Positions 24,573 to 36,662 of a DNA stretch of 64,000 nt are shown in pieces (the stretch's first letter is position 1; every line of letters begins with the position of its first letter). The translations under genes were made by a program, and so were the position numbers. Under the pieces are notes generated by a model. That model saw only the letters and a program-made list of their open reading frames with translations, ran no database searches and was not told where the DNA came from. Source of the stretch: Psammoneis japonica (taxonomy: Eukaryota); the NCBI GenBank assembly GCA_008632985.1, contig QPGO01000224.1, forward strand, positions 1 to 64,000. Reading direction: 5' to 3'.

Positions 24573-24690
24573 TAAAGTGGTGTGTAGCAATAACTAACGA
24601 TTGTATTATATAGAGTGAATCTCAAGGGGATGTCGTTTGCTTGGTCCTGGTTAGCAGTGAAAGATGACTAGTTTGCATCATTTTTAGCTA

Positions 24691-26280
24691 TTACGTTCCT
24701 TCGTTACCGCTATTAGCACTACTACTCGGAGAAGAAGAAGAAGTAGCCGGTTTGACTCGAATCCGTTCGCTCCCCCATCCCGGACACACACTTTCCAACA
24801 ATTGCGAATGCTCATCGACCCACAACAGCAGCTTGGCCACTTGGGGCGGGGTCAAAATTTCTTGACACTTGGACATGCGATCGTGAAAGACTTTTTGCTT
24901 GTGTTGACAAAAGCCTTTTAATTTTTCCAACAACGCCAGACATTCACGCAAATTGTTGCACACTTGTTGAATGCGTTGACGTTGTTCCAAAATCTTGCGG
25001 CCCTGTTGGGGGGTAATGGCGAGTTCCTTGCGTAAAATACCCGCAATGGGATTTTGTTTGGGATTGGTGTAAAAGCCTTCCGACTGACCCAACGACCAGA
25101 GACCCATTTTGGTAAAGTTGGTCGGAGCGGCCAATCTGGAAAAGAGAAAAACAGATAGAGTAGGGATGATGTGAGTAAGCGTAAGAATAAGTTCAACACA
25201 CCATCATCAATCCCCATACTAAAAAAAAACTCACTTTTCCAATTGTTGCAAATGAAACAATAACTCTTGATTCCGATGTCTTCCATAGTCAGAATACATC
25301 TCCGTATACTGTTGCAACACGGGATTTAGCTCCTTCGCATCGACTCCCGACTCAATCATTTGTCGCAATCTCAATTCCATAGCTTTGCGTTCGGCTTCAA
25401 ATTGACTGGATTTGTTTTTAATGTTGGCCAAGTGATGATGCAACATGTTGTTTTCCTCACGGAGTTGTGCCAATTTGGCCTTGCAATCCTGCAAGCGAGG
25501 CTTTTTGCGGCGTTTGCTGTACAGTGCAGGTTTTGTTGCATCGCGCTTGTGATCATTCTCAGCAACCGCACGAATGGCGGCTTGGGCCGTTTCGTCGAGT
25601 TGTTGGACGGGATCAAGCGAAGTAGCAGTAGCAGAAGTTGTAGTTGCTGCAGCCGTGGCAGTCGTATGGTTTATGTGATTGTTTGACATGGAAACGGGTG
25701 GTGGAGCTGCTGCAGCAGCACGAACGGGTATCGGCTGCTGGGGCACGGCTGCTGCTGCTGCAACAGGAGCAGGTACTACCGACGCTGTACGTTTTCGTTC
25801 TTCATTGAGAGCTGCCGTTTCCGTCAAGGACGTCAATACATGTGACGGAAGTGAAATTCCCAAGTGAGTTGCAAGAGACGCAAACTGATTCACAAGCCGA
25901 GCCGCACGTTCTTTGGAAACCGCTGTGGCTGCAGCTGGAGCCGGCGCAGCTGGAGCGGGTACTGGAGCAGAGGGCACTGGAGGTGCTGCTGCTACTACTA
26001 CTGGAACAGGCGCAGGCACAGATGCAGCAGCCGGAATTGGTGGTGCCGTGGCTGCAGCCGTAGAAGACACTCCAAAATCACTTAACAAATCACGTTCGGC
26101 AATTGTACTCGGATCCTGCGATGCTGCTGTCGTTGTGGGATTTTCTTCTTGGTATGCTAGCAGTTCTTGTGACAGCGTCGAAGGTGAAGATTCATCCAGT
26201 TGCATCATTTCATTGTAGAAAATAGTTTCCAGCAGAGCCGTGTCCAGGTTGCCGTTCGTCGGTTGCTGTTGAGACGCCAT
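24691..26280 (-). CDS. bZIP-like transcription factor (stramenopile type with C-terminal LTPxQxAKxLLWV domain); exons 25235-26280 and 24691-25135
   Basis: Basic SKRRKKPR plus heptad leucines; GT-AG intron 25136-25234 joins in frame (1491 nt CDS); C-terminal ILTPPQVAKLLLWV. Confidence 0.7.
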
Positions 26281-26839
26281 GGTGAGGTTGTGTGTTTTGA
26301 TGATTTTTTGAGAAAAGCCAGTCAGAAGCAGAGAAAGTGATGTCACGTGTAGAAACACGGAACATTCCCCCATCAGGTGATTTTATGTAGAATTCAATAG
26401 TGGAAGCTTTATGGAAAGTAAGCGAAGACGGAATCTTCAATATCATTTTCTCGGGAAACATCTGCTCGCCGTCGAGCGATCGCGCAAGATTGCGCGAACT
26501 GACTTTGCACTGTCCGTGCGTGCGTACGTACGGCATATGGTAGTAAAAGTGGGTACGTCCGTACGACGGCCGATTTATTAATAAATATTATGTGTTTAAA
26601 TTTTCATTCCGTTGGAGGCAATATTGGGTGTTCGAATTTTTGTTAGGGCGTATCCGTGAATAAACTTTTCGAAATAACCAAAGTCACGGAGTACACGATA
26701 CCTACTATGAAGAATTGAATATGGTGATCATTTATTAATATTCAGTCATTAAATTGTTAAAATGCACGACTGCCTTGAACCGGATCCGTTGGCGGGACAA
26801 AAAAAAAGTGCCAACCCAAAGAAACACACCGCTTTGACC

Positions 26840-27421
26840 ATGACGACGACACAACAAGAACAACAAACCATGATTGAACCAAGTAGTGTCAGTAGCACTG
26901 AAAAGGAACGACCCAAGCTCGTGTTGGATGCGTCACCGACCGCATCGTTAGAAGACGACGACGACGACAATTCGTCGCTGTCGTCTGCCGAAGACGATGA
27001 CTTTGACGCTCGCGATTTGCTTGCCCGAGCCAAGAGCCGATTGCAACAGGATGATTTGAAGGATAAGGTCAAGGAATTACAAGAAGAATTGAAACACAAA
27101 AACGATCAGATTGCCTCGCTCCAACTCGAGCTTCGTCGGGGCAGTACTTCTTCGCATTCGGGTGGTGGTACAGCGCACCGGTTTTTTGACGTGAGCGAAA
27201 CACGAGCCGAGGTGGAGATGGAATTTATGAATGAGCTCGCCAAGCTATCAACGCAATTGGCGCAAGTACAAGAGCAGCATGCCAAGGAAATGAAAGAAAA
27301 GGACAAGGAAATTGAATTGCTCAAGCGCCAATTGAATGGAGAAGAAGAAGTTGCTCAAGAAGCGACTGAATCAACTGAAGAAGCAACGGATCCATCAAAG
27401 GAAGAAAGCGAAGAGAGTTAG
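26840..27421 (+). CDS. Acidic coiled-coil hypothetical protein
   Basis: 193-aa ORF, E/K/Q/L-rich heptads, in a gene island. Confidence 0.7.
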   Translation: MTTTQQEQQTMIEPSSVSSTEKERPKLVLDASPTASLEDDDDDNSSLSSAEDDDFDARDLLARAKSRLQQDDLKDKVKELQEELKHKNDQIASLQLELRRGSTSSHSGGGTAHRFFDVSETRAEVEMEFMNELAKLSTQLAQVQEQHAKEMKEKDKEIELLKRQLNGEEEVAQEATESTEEATDPSKEESEES

Positions 27422-29122
27422 GAGCCAAAGCTGAGCCGTAGCCCCACTCCCATTTAGACTGTAAAAATACACCAACTCTGACGAAGTGTTGTTTTCTTCT
27501 ACTGCTTATTCTCTCCAAGAGCGGATGGCTTTAAGACTGTTTTTGCAGTTGGTCCAACCTGAGAGAAAGAATGCTGGCTTTTGCGTACAGGAGGACTGTT
27601 ACTATTAGGACTAGCCCTATCAACTTCCTCTCTAGAGTAGGGCCTTATGGTTAGCTGTTGTCAATGAGAAAAGTGCTGTTTTTGTGTGTTGCCACTCTTG
27701 GCTTGTGTGCACTCAAATGCCATTGTGCTCAAACGTGGCTGCCACACCACTGATGTGGGGATCCAAGAGCCACTCCACCACCGGCTTTAAAATGTGCCAA
27801 TGGAAAATGACAAAGCACTGTGCCACTCTTGGCTTGTGTGCACTCAAGTGACATTGTGCTCAAAAGCAGCTGCCGTGCCACACAATGCAGATCCAAGAGC
27901 TGCTCCACACCACCAGCTTGTTTGAATGCTGGCACTGATGGAGAATGACAAAAAGCACTGCTGCACACAAACCACAAATTTGCAGCAGCTCCAGAAGCTG
28001 CTTCGTTGGCCAAGCGGTGAAAGCACAAATCAATGTCATCAAGCAGCTTGGCTGCTGCTGCAGCAGCAGCTGTGCCAAAAACACTGTGCAGCAAAGTGCT
28101 GAGAATTGAGAATGTTGTTGCAGATCTTGGCGCTAAAGAAACTGCAGTGTGGATGGTCAAATGCACCCAAAAAGCACCGCCACAGTGTGCACATGCAGAG
28201 CGCACAGCCCACAGCACAAGAAGAGCAAACAACAAGGGTGTCAACATGGCAGCTGTGGTGATGAAGATGCCCCACCTGTGAGACAGCACTGCCACTTTTC
28301 CTGACGTTGAGAGTGAAGATGGAAATCATGAAGATGGCTGCAGAGGGCAAGCTTTGAAGACAAGAAAATGCAGCTGCAGCTCAGACAAAAAATCAAGCAC
28401 ATCTCCTTTGCTTGACTTGAAAAGTTTCTGTCAAATGTGGTCCATTTGGAGCACTGCTGACTGTGCTCAACTCTTCAACGTTTTCTTTGTCTCACACCAG
28501 ATTGACGCCAAGGTGCTGACACAATGCACCAGGCTCCTCTGGCAAAAAAAGAACAAGGTCAGAGCACTGCCCCTAACATCACACAAGCCATCAAAGCAGC
28601 AGCTGCCAATGAGATGAAGCAGACAGTTGTTCATGCATTTGGTGGGGTGGGGTGTCAAAAACTCATGGAGTTAAGAAGCTGTTGAGGATGAAGACTTGCA
28701 CAGGTGCTCTCTGCAGCTGTCTTGCTTGCAGTGTGCCATGGGAACAAGCTCCCTGAACAAACAGGACACACTTTGTTCAACTGCACCACCAGCAACAGAA
28801 GTGAACAAAGACTTGAGAAAGGCGCTGAGAGGCTCAAGATGACAGATTGAGGTTTGTTGCCACCTTGACACAGTGGTGGCAGACTAAAATGGAGGCAGCA
28901 GGCCTTCATCAGGGCAGTTGGCTGGCTTCAAAGTCAGCTGAGAAAAAGGCAGTCTAACACCACACTCTCAACTCTTCAAGATGACAGAGGATGCCTCTGA
29001 CTGGCAATGACCTTCATGGCTTCAATGGCAGCAACTGATTGAAAGCTGGAGAGGATGTTCTCAGCAATGGTCATGCTGGCAACACAGAGCATTGTGTGCT
29101 GCAAAAGATCCAGCATTGCCGG

Positions 29123-30590
29123 CTCAGTTTGTTGGTTTCACCCATTTGGGGATTCCCCAAAATGGCAAGGGCAAGGGGGAACTGCCTTGCCCTTTTGGAG
29201 AGCACCCGGGAAATGAGGACAATTTGACGGGAAGGAATGGCTGAAAGGGGTCAGGGGAAGGAACAAAAAATGAGTGCAGGGGAAGGAACAAAAAATGAGT
29301 GCAGTGCGGCAGTTCCTGTCTCATTTCAATTAGAATCTTTTGAAAATGACCCGCGACACAAAACGCACAAAACAGCCAAGGGCGCCTGCAGAATCTGCAC
29401 ATGTTTGCACCGAAACTGTGATGTTCACACAATTTGTGCAAAAATGGACTTGACTCCTGTCGGGTCAAGCCCATTTTTGCAAGTGTGTGGAAGAAAAATG
29501 GGCTTGATCAGAAAGGAGTAAAGTGCATTTTTTGCAAAGTCAAAATTCACTGAGGACAGACAGACAGACTTTTCTTGGCACTGCTCTGCACAATTTCTAC
29601 GTGATGACTCTGCAGCACGAAAGATTGCTGTTGACATGGGCGTGTGCACTTTTTGTCACATTGTCCAGCCAGCCAGCCATGGTCTGCTGCCAATGACCAT
29701 GACGGATGCATCGACAAATCGACACAAAGCGGCCCCTTGTGGCAGAGCAAGGGAAGAATGAATTTTGCCATTGGACCACACATGTCAACATTGCTCGCGC
29801 GCGGGCTCCATTTTTGCCTTGGCCTTTGCTCCAGAGCCGTTGTGGTTTGCATCATTTGTGACCACATGACACAAGAAGAAAAAACGACACACTGCATTCT
29901 GCACATGAGACAGGTCAAAGGGAAGAACAAACATTGTCAATCAATCCACCACATTTTTGTCAACCATGTGTGGCTCCACTTTTGCCTTGTCCTTCACACT
30001 GGATGCCTCATGGCTTGCCTTTTTGAATGCATGGCAAAAGAGTGATCTGAATGACCCCCTTCATTCTGCACACAAGAGGTGTGAATTGGAAGAATGATTG
30101 TGGCTGTTCAATCCGCCATGTTGTCATTGTCAGCTGTGCGCATGGTTCTGCTTTTGCCTTGGCCTTCACTGTGTGCCTTCTGGCTTGCATTTGTGGCTGC
30201 ATGACAAAAGAAAAACTGACGACTGATGACTCAATTGTGCTGGCATTTTGCACATGTGCAACCACATTTCACACTGTGTTTCATGTTGCAGATCCTGTTC
30301 AATTGACATTGTCGAATGCATCGAACAGTGTCATGATTGATGAACAACAGCTGTCACAAATGGGGCATGAACGCGGCATGGCGTGTTGCCCATTTTTGTT
30401 GTGGCTGGTCAATTGTCTGGCTCCTGTGTCCTGGCACGTAGAAGGTGCAGAAATGTGTGGGAGGGAAGCGCGTGGGGAATTCCCAATGTACAATTTTTTG
30501 TTCATCTGTGAAGTGTGCATGTGACGAAGCGCAGCTCATGGCGACTCCCCAGGAAATCATGCTTTCCATGGAAAATTGTGGCGACAAGCC
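29123..30590 (+). mobile_element. Dispersed repeat family B, copy 1 (extra segment about 29300-29670; 3' end truncated)
   Basis: Colinear with 48371-49542: ttggtttcacccatttggg.ttccccaaaatgg, gacacaaagcggccccttgtggcagagca, gaaggtgcagaaatgtgtg. Confidence 0.85.
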
Positions 30591-30745
30591 CTTCAGGGGG
30601 CACTGACCACTGCAAAGAGCAGGGTGGGCAGACCATGCAGGCCCTGCTTTTGATGCGGCTGAAAACAGAAGAGCAACAAGTCATCAAATGACAGAGAGTC
30701 ATTTGACACATCACAAGGGCAGTTTTGCAAGCTCCTGACCCCATC

Positions 30746-31130
30746 ACGGTTCCAGTCCTAGGTGGGACTTTTTGTGACATTTGCCCCGTAGAATTCTACG
30801 TGCGAGCTCTGTAGTTCGTACTCTGGTTAATGGATATATTTATCTTCGACATAAAAAACGGCCAAGCTTGTAGTACATCTATCCCTGTTCGTACTCGAAG
30901 TTTTGGATAATGCGCCTGCCCTACGCCGTTCTTAAGACACTCGAGAATGGCGTAGAAGAAAAAAATATTAAAAGTTGTTCAATGGATAGCCTGATAATTG
31001 TGCTATAAAATCATACAAAATTTCGCCAAAATCACGTAGAAATGTACGTCCGTGACATACGACGCGATTCAAAAAACCATCGATGTCACAGTTCAGTAGT
31101 GCGAGGTCCCACCTAGACCTGGAACGCGTC
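30746..31130 (+). mobile_element. MITE family A, copy 1 (TpA intact)
   Basis: TIRs gttccagtcctaggtgggac / gtcccacctagacctggaac; colinear with 35497-35884. Left end altered and no TSD found. Confidence 0.9.
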
Positions 31131-34100
31131 GGAAACTGCCCCATTGCATTTGGTGTGCTCGCATGTTGCACAATTTGTGCGGGTCACTTCCTTGTTCAAT
31201 GCTCGTCATTCATCAATTTTTGTGCTTTGTGCATGCTCAATGGTCAAATCATCCCCTCATTTTCCCCCCTTTTCTGTGATGACCATGAAAAGATTGCCAA
31301 AAAGAGCAGATGATGGACAAATCCTTGTTGTTGTTGAGGCAGACTGCAGCTGTTGCAGGAATTGAACAGAAAGGCACCTTGCAACCCCTCTTCAAAATGC
31401 TGAGTCATCGACCAGTCTACGTTGTTTTCATTTGTGGGTGCAGCTCCATTTTCAGCTGACTCTCCAATTTTCGTTTGTGTCTCTGAGCAACATCAGCTCA
31501 ACTCCTGTGTTGTTGCACTCACCGTCTCCATGTTCAGGACTGTCCAAGTCCATTGGGAGAGATGATGCTGCAATTGACCTTCTGCCTGCATCAAAAAAGC
31601 AATCTGAAATCTTTGTCGGACACGTGCAAGAAGCACAGAGTCAACAAGCAGGACACTTGAGAAGGCCAAGAGCAAGCAGACACGTGCAGAGGCAACATTG
31701 ACAAACATGGACAAAAAAGACAAAAGAAATGTGCACAAAAGGAAAAGGATGTTAACCTCGTGTCCAACTCAGATCATTCTTCTCCAATGACATTTTCTTT
31801 GGGGAATGACATTTTCTTTGGAGAACTTGAATCTGACAGCTCCGGCCAGCTGTGGGGTGGAGAAATGCTTTTTCCACAAAAAGGGTGACAATCCCCGGTT
31901 TGGTCATTTGGTCATGCAGCAACAGCTAAACTTCTTTTGTTGCAAGCAGAGAAAAAGCTTGGGATCTTGCAGGAATGGTTGAAAAGGAGCACTTGTTGTC
32001 CACTCTGTTTGGTCCAGTTCAGTCTGTGCATCCAAGCCAGAACAATGCACCCGAGATGAACAAAGTTCAAATGAGAGAGTCCCAACAGGAAATGATCAAG
32101 GAAGGCTGCTGTGCCAAAGGAATGGCTGCCGTGTGCAGAGCAAAAATGGCTCCTCAACTGTCGCTGCTCCTCAGCTGCACTCCCAACAAATGCAGACATG
32201 CAAAGGGGCATTTGCGCAAAATTGTCACTGCGTCAAGCGACAGCGAATCCTTTCTTCATAATTTTGGGCATGAGATGAACAAAACCATGGAACACACCCA
32301 GGACACAAGTTGCCTTGTGTGGGACTTTCAAGTGTTGGTTGACAGCATGGGAAAACTTTGGCACATTGATGCCAACTGGTGATGTGTTTTCATCCCAGGT
32401 GAGAAACTTATGGACACATCACAAGGTTTTCTGCGTGTTTCTACATGAGACGTACATTTAGCACCAAAAATCTTAGTAAAAAACGAGCTCCATGACAGCA
32501 AAAACATGTTTTTCCATGTCTCGAACCACAAACCACAATTCGCGCAAACCGAAAATGGCACCATGCCGTCGCCATGAACTCGTCCATTCTTGCACCAACG
32601 GATGTTGTGACTGAGAAGGTGAGAATGCCGAGACAGGTCAATGAGACAATGCTCAATGCGATGATGTGGTTGAAAATTTGATCTTTGTTTTTTGTTGTGC
32701 CTTGTGGATGGCCTTTTGACTCATGATGTTTTTGATGCCTCTTTCTCTCTTCCTCAGCTTGCGAAGTGGGATTCTCATCAACGCGCTGCTCCATCTGCTT
32801 GACACCGGATGCTGACAATGAAGAATGTTTCTATGACACGTTGCTGTGATTCTCACAATGCATCGTCCGCACTTTGAGTCGTTGTGGACAACGCTTTTGG
32901 GTCGCGCGACAACATCAGATTTCGCTGCCGACAAGAGAATCGTCATGTGTTCGGTTTTGAGGGTGTGTGAGGATAAAGAATCTCAGATGCAAGTGTGACA
33001 GTTTCATCATTGTAAAGTGGAACAATGCCATTAGCGACATCTCAGTGTTGCAGCCATTTTATTTTATTCCAAGATAGAACTGGTCATTTTGAGTGGTGAA
33101 ATTTTGTCAATGTTTCATCTTTAACTCCACTTGGGCATGTCAAATCACATGATGACTGGACACACATTGAACTTTGACGCCACCATTTCAATCCTGTTGT
33201 TTTATTCACTCAAGCATCCCACACAGGTTGACAAATCAGTCGATCTTTGAAATGGCCGATCGCGCAAAAAAATCACGTGCGAAGTCAGTTCCCCCGATTT
33301 TTCTTGTGCAAATGACAGAGTTAGAACGCCGTTCTTTTTTGGCATGAGCTCTTTGTACAATGAACAATGCGTACATTCTTTCAAAGCAGTCAGATTCGGT
33401 GAAAGAAACAGTGGAACAGTCTCTCAAATGCACCAGAACAACAACAACGAGCAGACAGCTGTCAGTTTCACTCCAAAAAATGCCGCTTTCGAGACAGCGC
33501 TTTTCTTGCACGCACCCTTCAACCAATGAGAATAACGGCTGGCTTTTCAAAATAAACATGTCTGTGGAAAGAAGAAACGAAAAATTGGGGGAAAGTCCAG
33601 TCAGATTTGCTCGCACAAAAAGCACGGCGACGGAAAAGGGACAGACGAAACGTCTCACCTCCGCATGCGCGTTTCTCACCTGGGATGAAAACACATCTGG
33701 TGTTTTGAATGGAGTCCCAATGACAAAAGAAATTTTGTCAGAATCAACAAGCGGTGACACCAAGAAGAGCGTTGTGATCAGGCAAAGAAAACATTTCTCA
33801 GTTGTGTCAAAATGGCTGAGCAGATTGTGGCAAACAATGCTGCAACAAAGACTTGGCGCAGCATTCTTCCTGGTCACGTGCAGCTGTTGGAAGAGTCCCT
33901 TGTTGCACATGCAATTTTCTCCCAGAAGTGACATGGAGGCCACCACTGCACCAGAAATGTCATTGAGGCAGCCACTGCATGTGCCCAAACCACAAAGCAG
34001 CTGGTCAAAACGAGCAGATGTTGTCATCTGTCACACACAGTTTGAAGCCCCCTGGCTTTCTTCACAGCCCGTTAACCTCCACAGTGCAAGTTCTGTTTTA

Positions 34101-35496
34101 AACGACTGGCAATGGTCTGGCTGGTTAGAGCACCAAAGGTGTGGCCACTGCACCATGTGCTTTGCACACAGCTCACACCTCCGATGATCAGCTTCACTCT
34201 CCCAAATCAGTTTGCTCAATCTTCACAGTGTCTTTCCAAAATTCTAGATCAATGACGAGCAACTTCTTTGTTCCATTGTCTTCATCTGCAACAATGCAGT
34301 TGCAACCATGAGAACAATCAAGAGGTTGGAAGTTGTGGTCACTCCACAGCTTGTCAATCACAGTGCCAAAGTGCCCATCAAACTCTTCCTCTTCGGGACA
34401 CCTCCCCTTCTGCAGACCAAGGAACCTGACCATGCCAGATGGTGACTGCGCAATGAATTTTGGAGTGGGGACAAGCTCACCCCATGCCTTTCTCAGCTGC
34501 ACGCATGCCTTGACCTCATTCTCATGACTTTCAAAATTCTTCGATGGATCAAACTGCTTTGCCGCAACCTTCTCTTCACCACAGCCACTCTCAAAGACGT
34601 CTCCGTTCCTTCTGACCCCCAACAACCTGCCAATCCTCAAAGTTCAAAAATCAACTGGACATGCAAATTGGTCTTCAAAAGAAAACAAATCAAAGAAGGA
34701 GCAGTCTGGCGGGGTGAGTGGGAGTGACGTGATGTTCCCTTCCTCATCCTCAGCAGACCTCGACTGAACCAACTGAGGCAGTGATGACACCAAAGTCAAC
34801 TGGCTGCCTTCATTCTTCATGCGGCACTCAGGAGATTTGTGTCTTGGTTTCTTGGACACAGGGCTAGATCCACTGCTCTTGTCACTTCGGCTTCCTCCAG
34901 ATGGTTCATGGTCACTGCTTCCATCACCACCAGAAGAGTCATCATCGTTGGGATGATGTCCAGTTTGCTCTTGATCTTCAACCACTGACTCCGACATGTC
35001 AGCTTCACAAATCGGGGTCTCCAGAAGCCAACTGATGCCAGTGCAGGGAGATGTTTCAAGGTTGTGATTTCCATTGGTCGGTGCTGGACTTTTGTTGGTG
35101 AGACGAATCACACACGCCCAAGCATGAAGAAAGTCTTTCTGACCAGCAATGCACGCGTCAGCAATTTCCACCCCGTGAACTTCTCTGCCTGGTCCATCAA
35201 GGTGGATGAAGTGCACTTTTGAAGCACAAAAAAGAGCTCCGCATCAAACAACATTGTCGACCATGTGTGCAAATTCCTGGGCAAGCGGGTGGCAGATTTG
35301 AGACACCAGTTCTTGGATGCTCTTTTTCCCTTTTTGTTGCTTGCTTCTTGACTGCCTCCTCACAACACTGCTTCAACACGTCAGATTTGTTTGGAAGCAA
35401 CACATTGTGCAACGTCTTTGCTTCAAAAACTGCTGTTGTCTGAGCTTGGTCAGGGCCATTTCCTGTCAGTTTCATGTGACAGGCTTTGTCAGGCCT

Positions 35497-35884
35497 GACG
35501 GGTTCCAGCCCCAGGTGGGACTTTTTGTGACATTTGCCCCGTAGAATTCTACGTGCGAGCTCTGCAGTTCGCTCTCTGGTCAATGGACACATTTGTCTTC
35601 GACATAAAACAAACAGCCAAGTTTGCAGCACACACATCTCTGTTCGTACTCAAAGTTTTGGACAATGCGCCTGTCCCACGCCATTCTTAAGACACTCGAG
35701 AATGGCGTAGAAGAAAAAAACATTAAAAGTTGTTGAATGGATCGCCTGATGATTGCACTATAAAATGATGCAAAATTTGCCAAAATCACGTAGAAATGTA
35801 CGTGCGCGACATGCGATGCGATTCAAAAAACCATCGATGTCACAGTTCAGCAGTGCGAGGTCCCACCTAGACCTGGAACGCATT
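35497..35884 (+). mobile_element. MITE family A, copy 2; 4-bp TSD GCCT
   Basis: gcct|gacgggttccag...ctggaacgcatt|gcct. Confidence 0.92.
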
Positions 35885-36386
35885 GCCTTCCCATTGTTGG
35901 ACAGCGGTCCCATTCTTCAGAATCCACTTGGAAGGGCAGACACATGAGACCAGCTTCACAAAACGGCTCAAACACAAACGCATTGAGGAAGCTTTGCTCC
36001 ATGGTTTCGTTCATTGGCAACATCTTGCTGATGACGGTTGTTGCATGCAATGGCACAGTCATTGGCAGTGGAAGCCCGGTCATGTCGAACTTCTCTTTGA
36101 AAAGATTCGTGAAATCTTCCCACTTTTCAATGGTCGGCAGATGGCATTGCTTGCTTCGTTGTTCGTTGAACTTGCTTTGTTGACTTGTTGTTGTGCCATC
36201 AGCATTGCACATTGGTGGCAAAATGGTTGATGATGCCATCCCTTCTTGATCATGACATTGGAACGCACGCGCATCATGCTGCACAAAAACTTCGTGGCAC
36301 TTTCCAACAAATTCTCTACGGGCTCGGTTGAAGTCTTTTCTTGCCCTCATCTCCTCCGGTGTCAGAGAGCATTCTTTTTGTTTGAC

Positions 36387-36662
36387 TGATGGAAATTGAA
36401 GGCAAATGGCAAGAATTCAAACAACAACTCCTTGCTGCTGTCTAAATGGCAGATGAGTCTCCGCTCAGAGACCGTTGCAGGAGCCAAAAGACTTGCAAGT
36501 TGGCATGGTCCGGCTGCTGTCATTGTTCTTGTGAGCCTTGTGGCTCGAAAGCAAACTGCATCGCGCGCGAACACGCGGAACTAAAGCACACAAAACTGTG
36601 CGCGGCAAACTAAACAGCGCGCAACATTTCGCGCGCACTTGAATCCTGTTCAAATCCTGTCA
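36387..36662 (-). repeat. 3' LTR (276 bp)
   Basis: Aligns without gaps to 43218-43493. Confidence 0.97.

Noticed and set aside
12184..27421. Alternative genetic code or genome-wide TA avoidance
   Set aside because: Gene islands use Tyr codons and TAA/TAG stops normally.
30746..31130. Classical RIP (CA/TG->TA) producing the TA-rich MITE copy
   Set aside because: Protein motifs polarise the change as loss of TA. This copy has ordinary rather than excess TA and keeps its CG.
31400..34190. Named products for gene-like relics (e.g. DFQVLVDSMGKLWHID)
   Set aside because: Probably decayed coding sequence, but too degenerate to assign.
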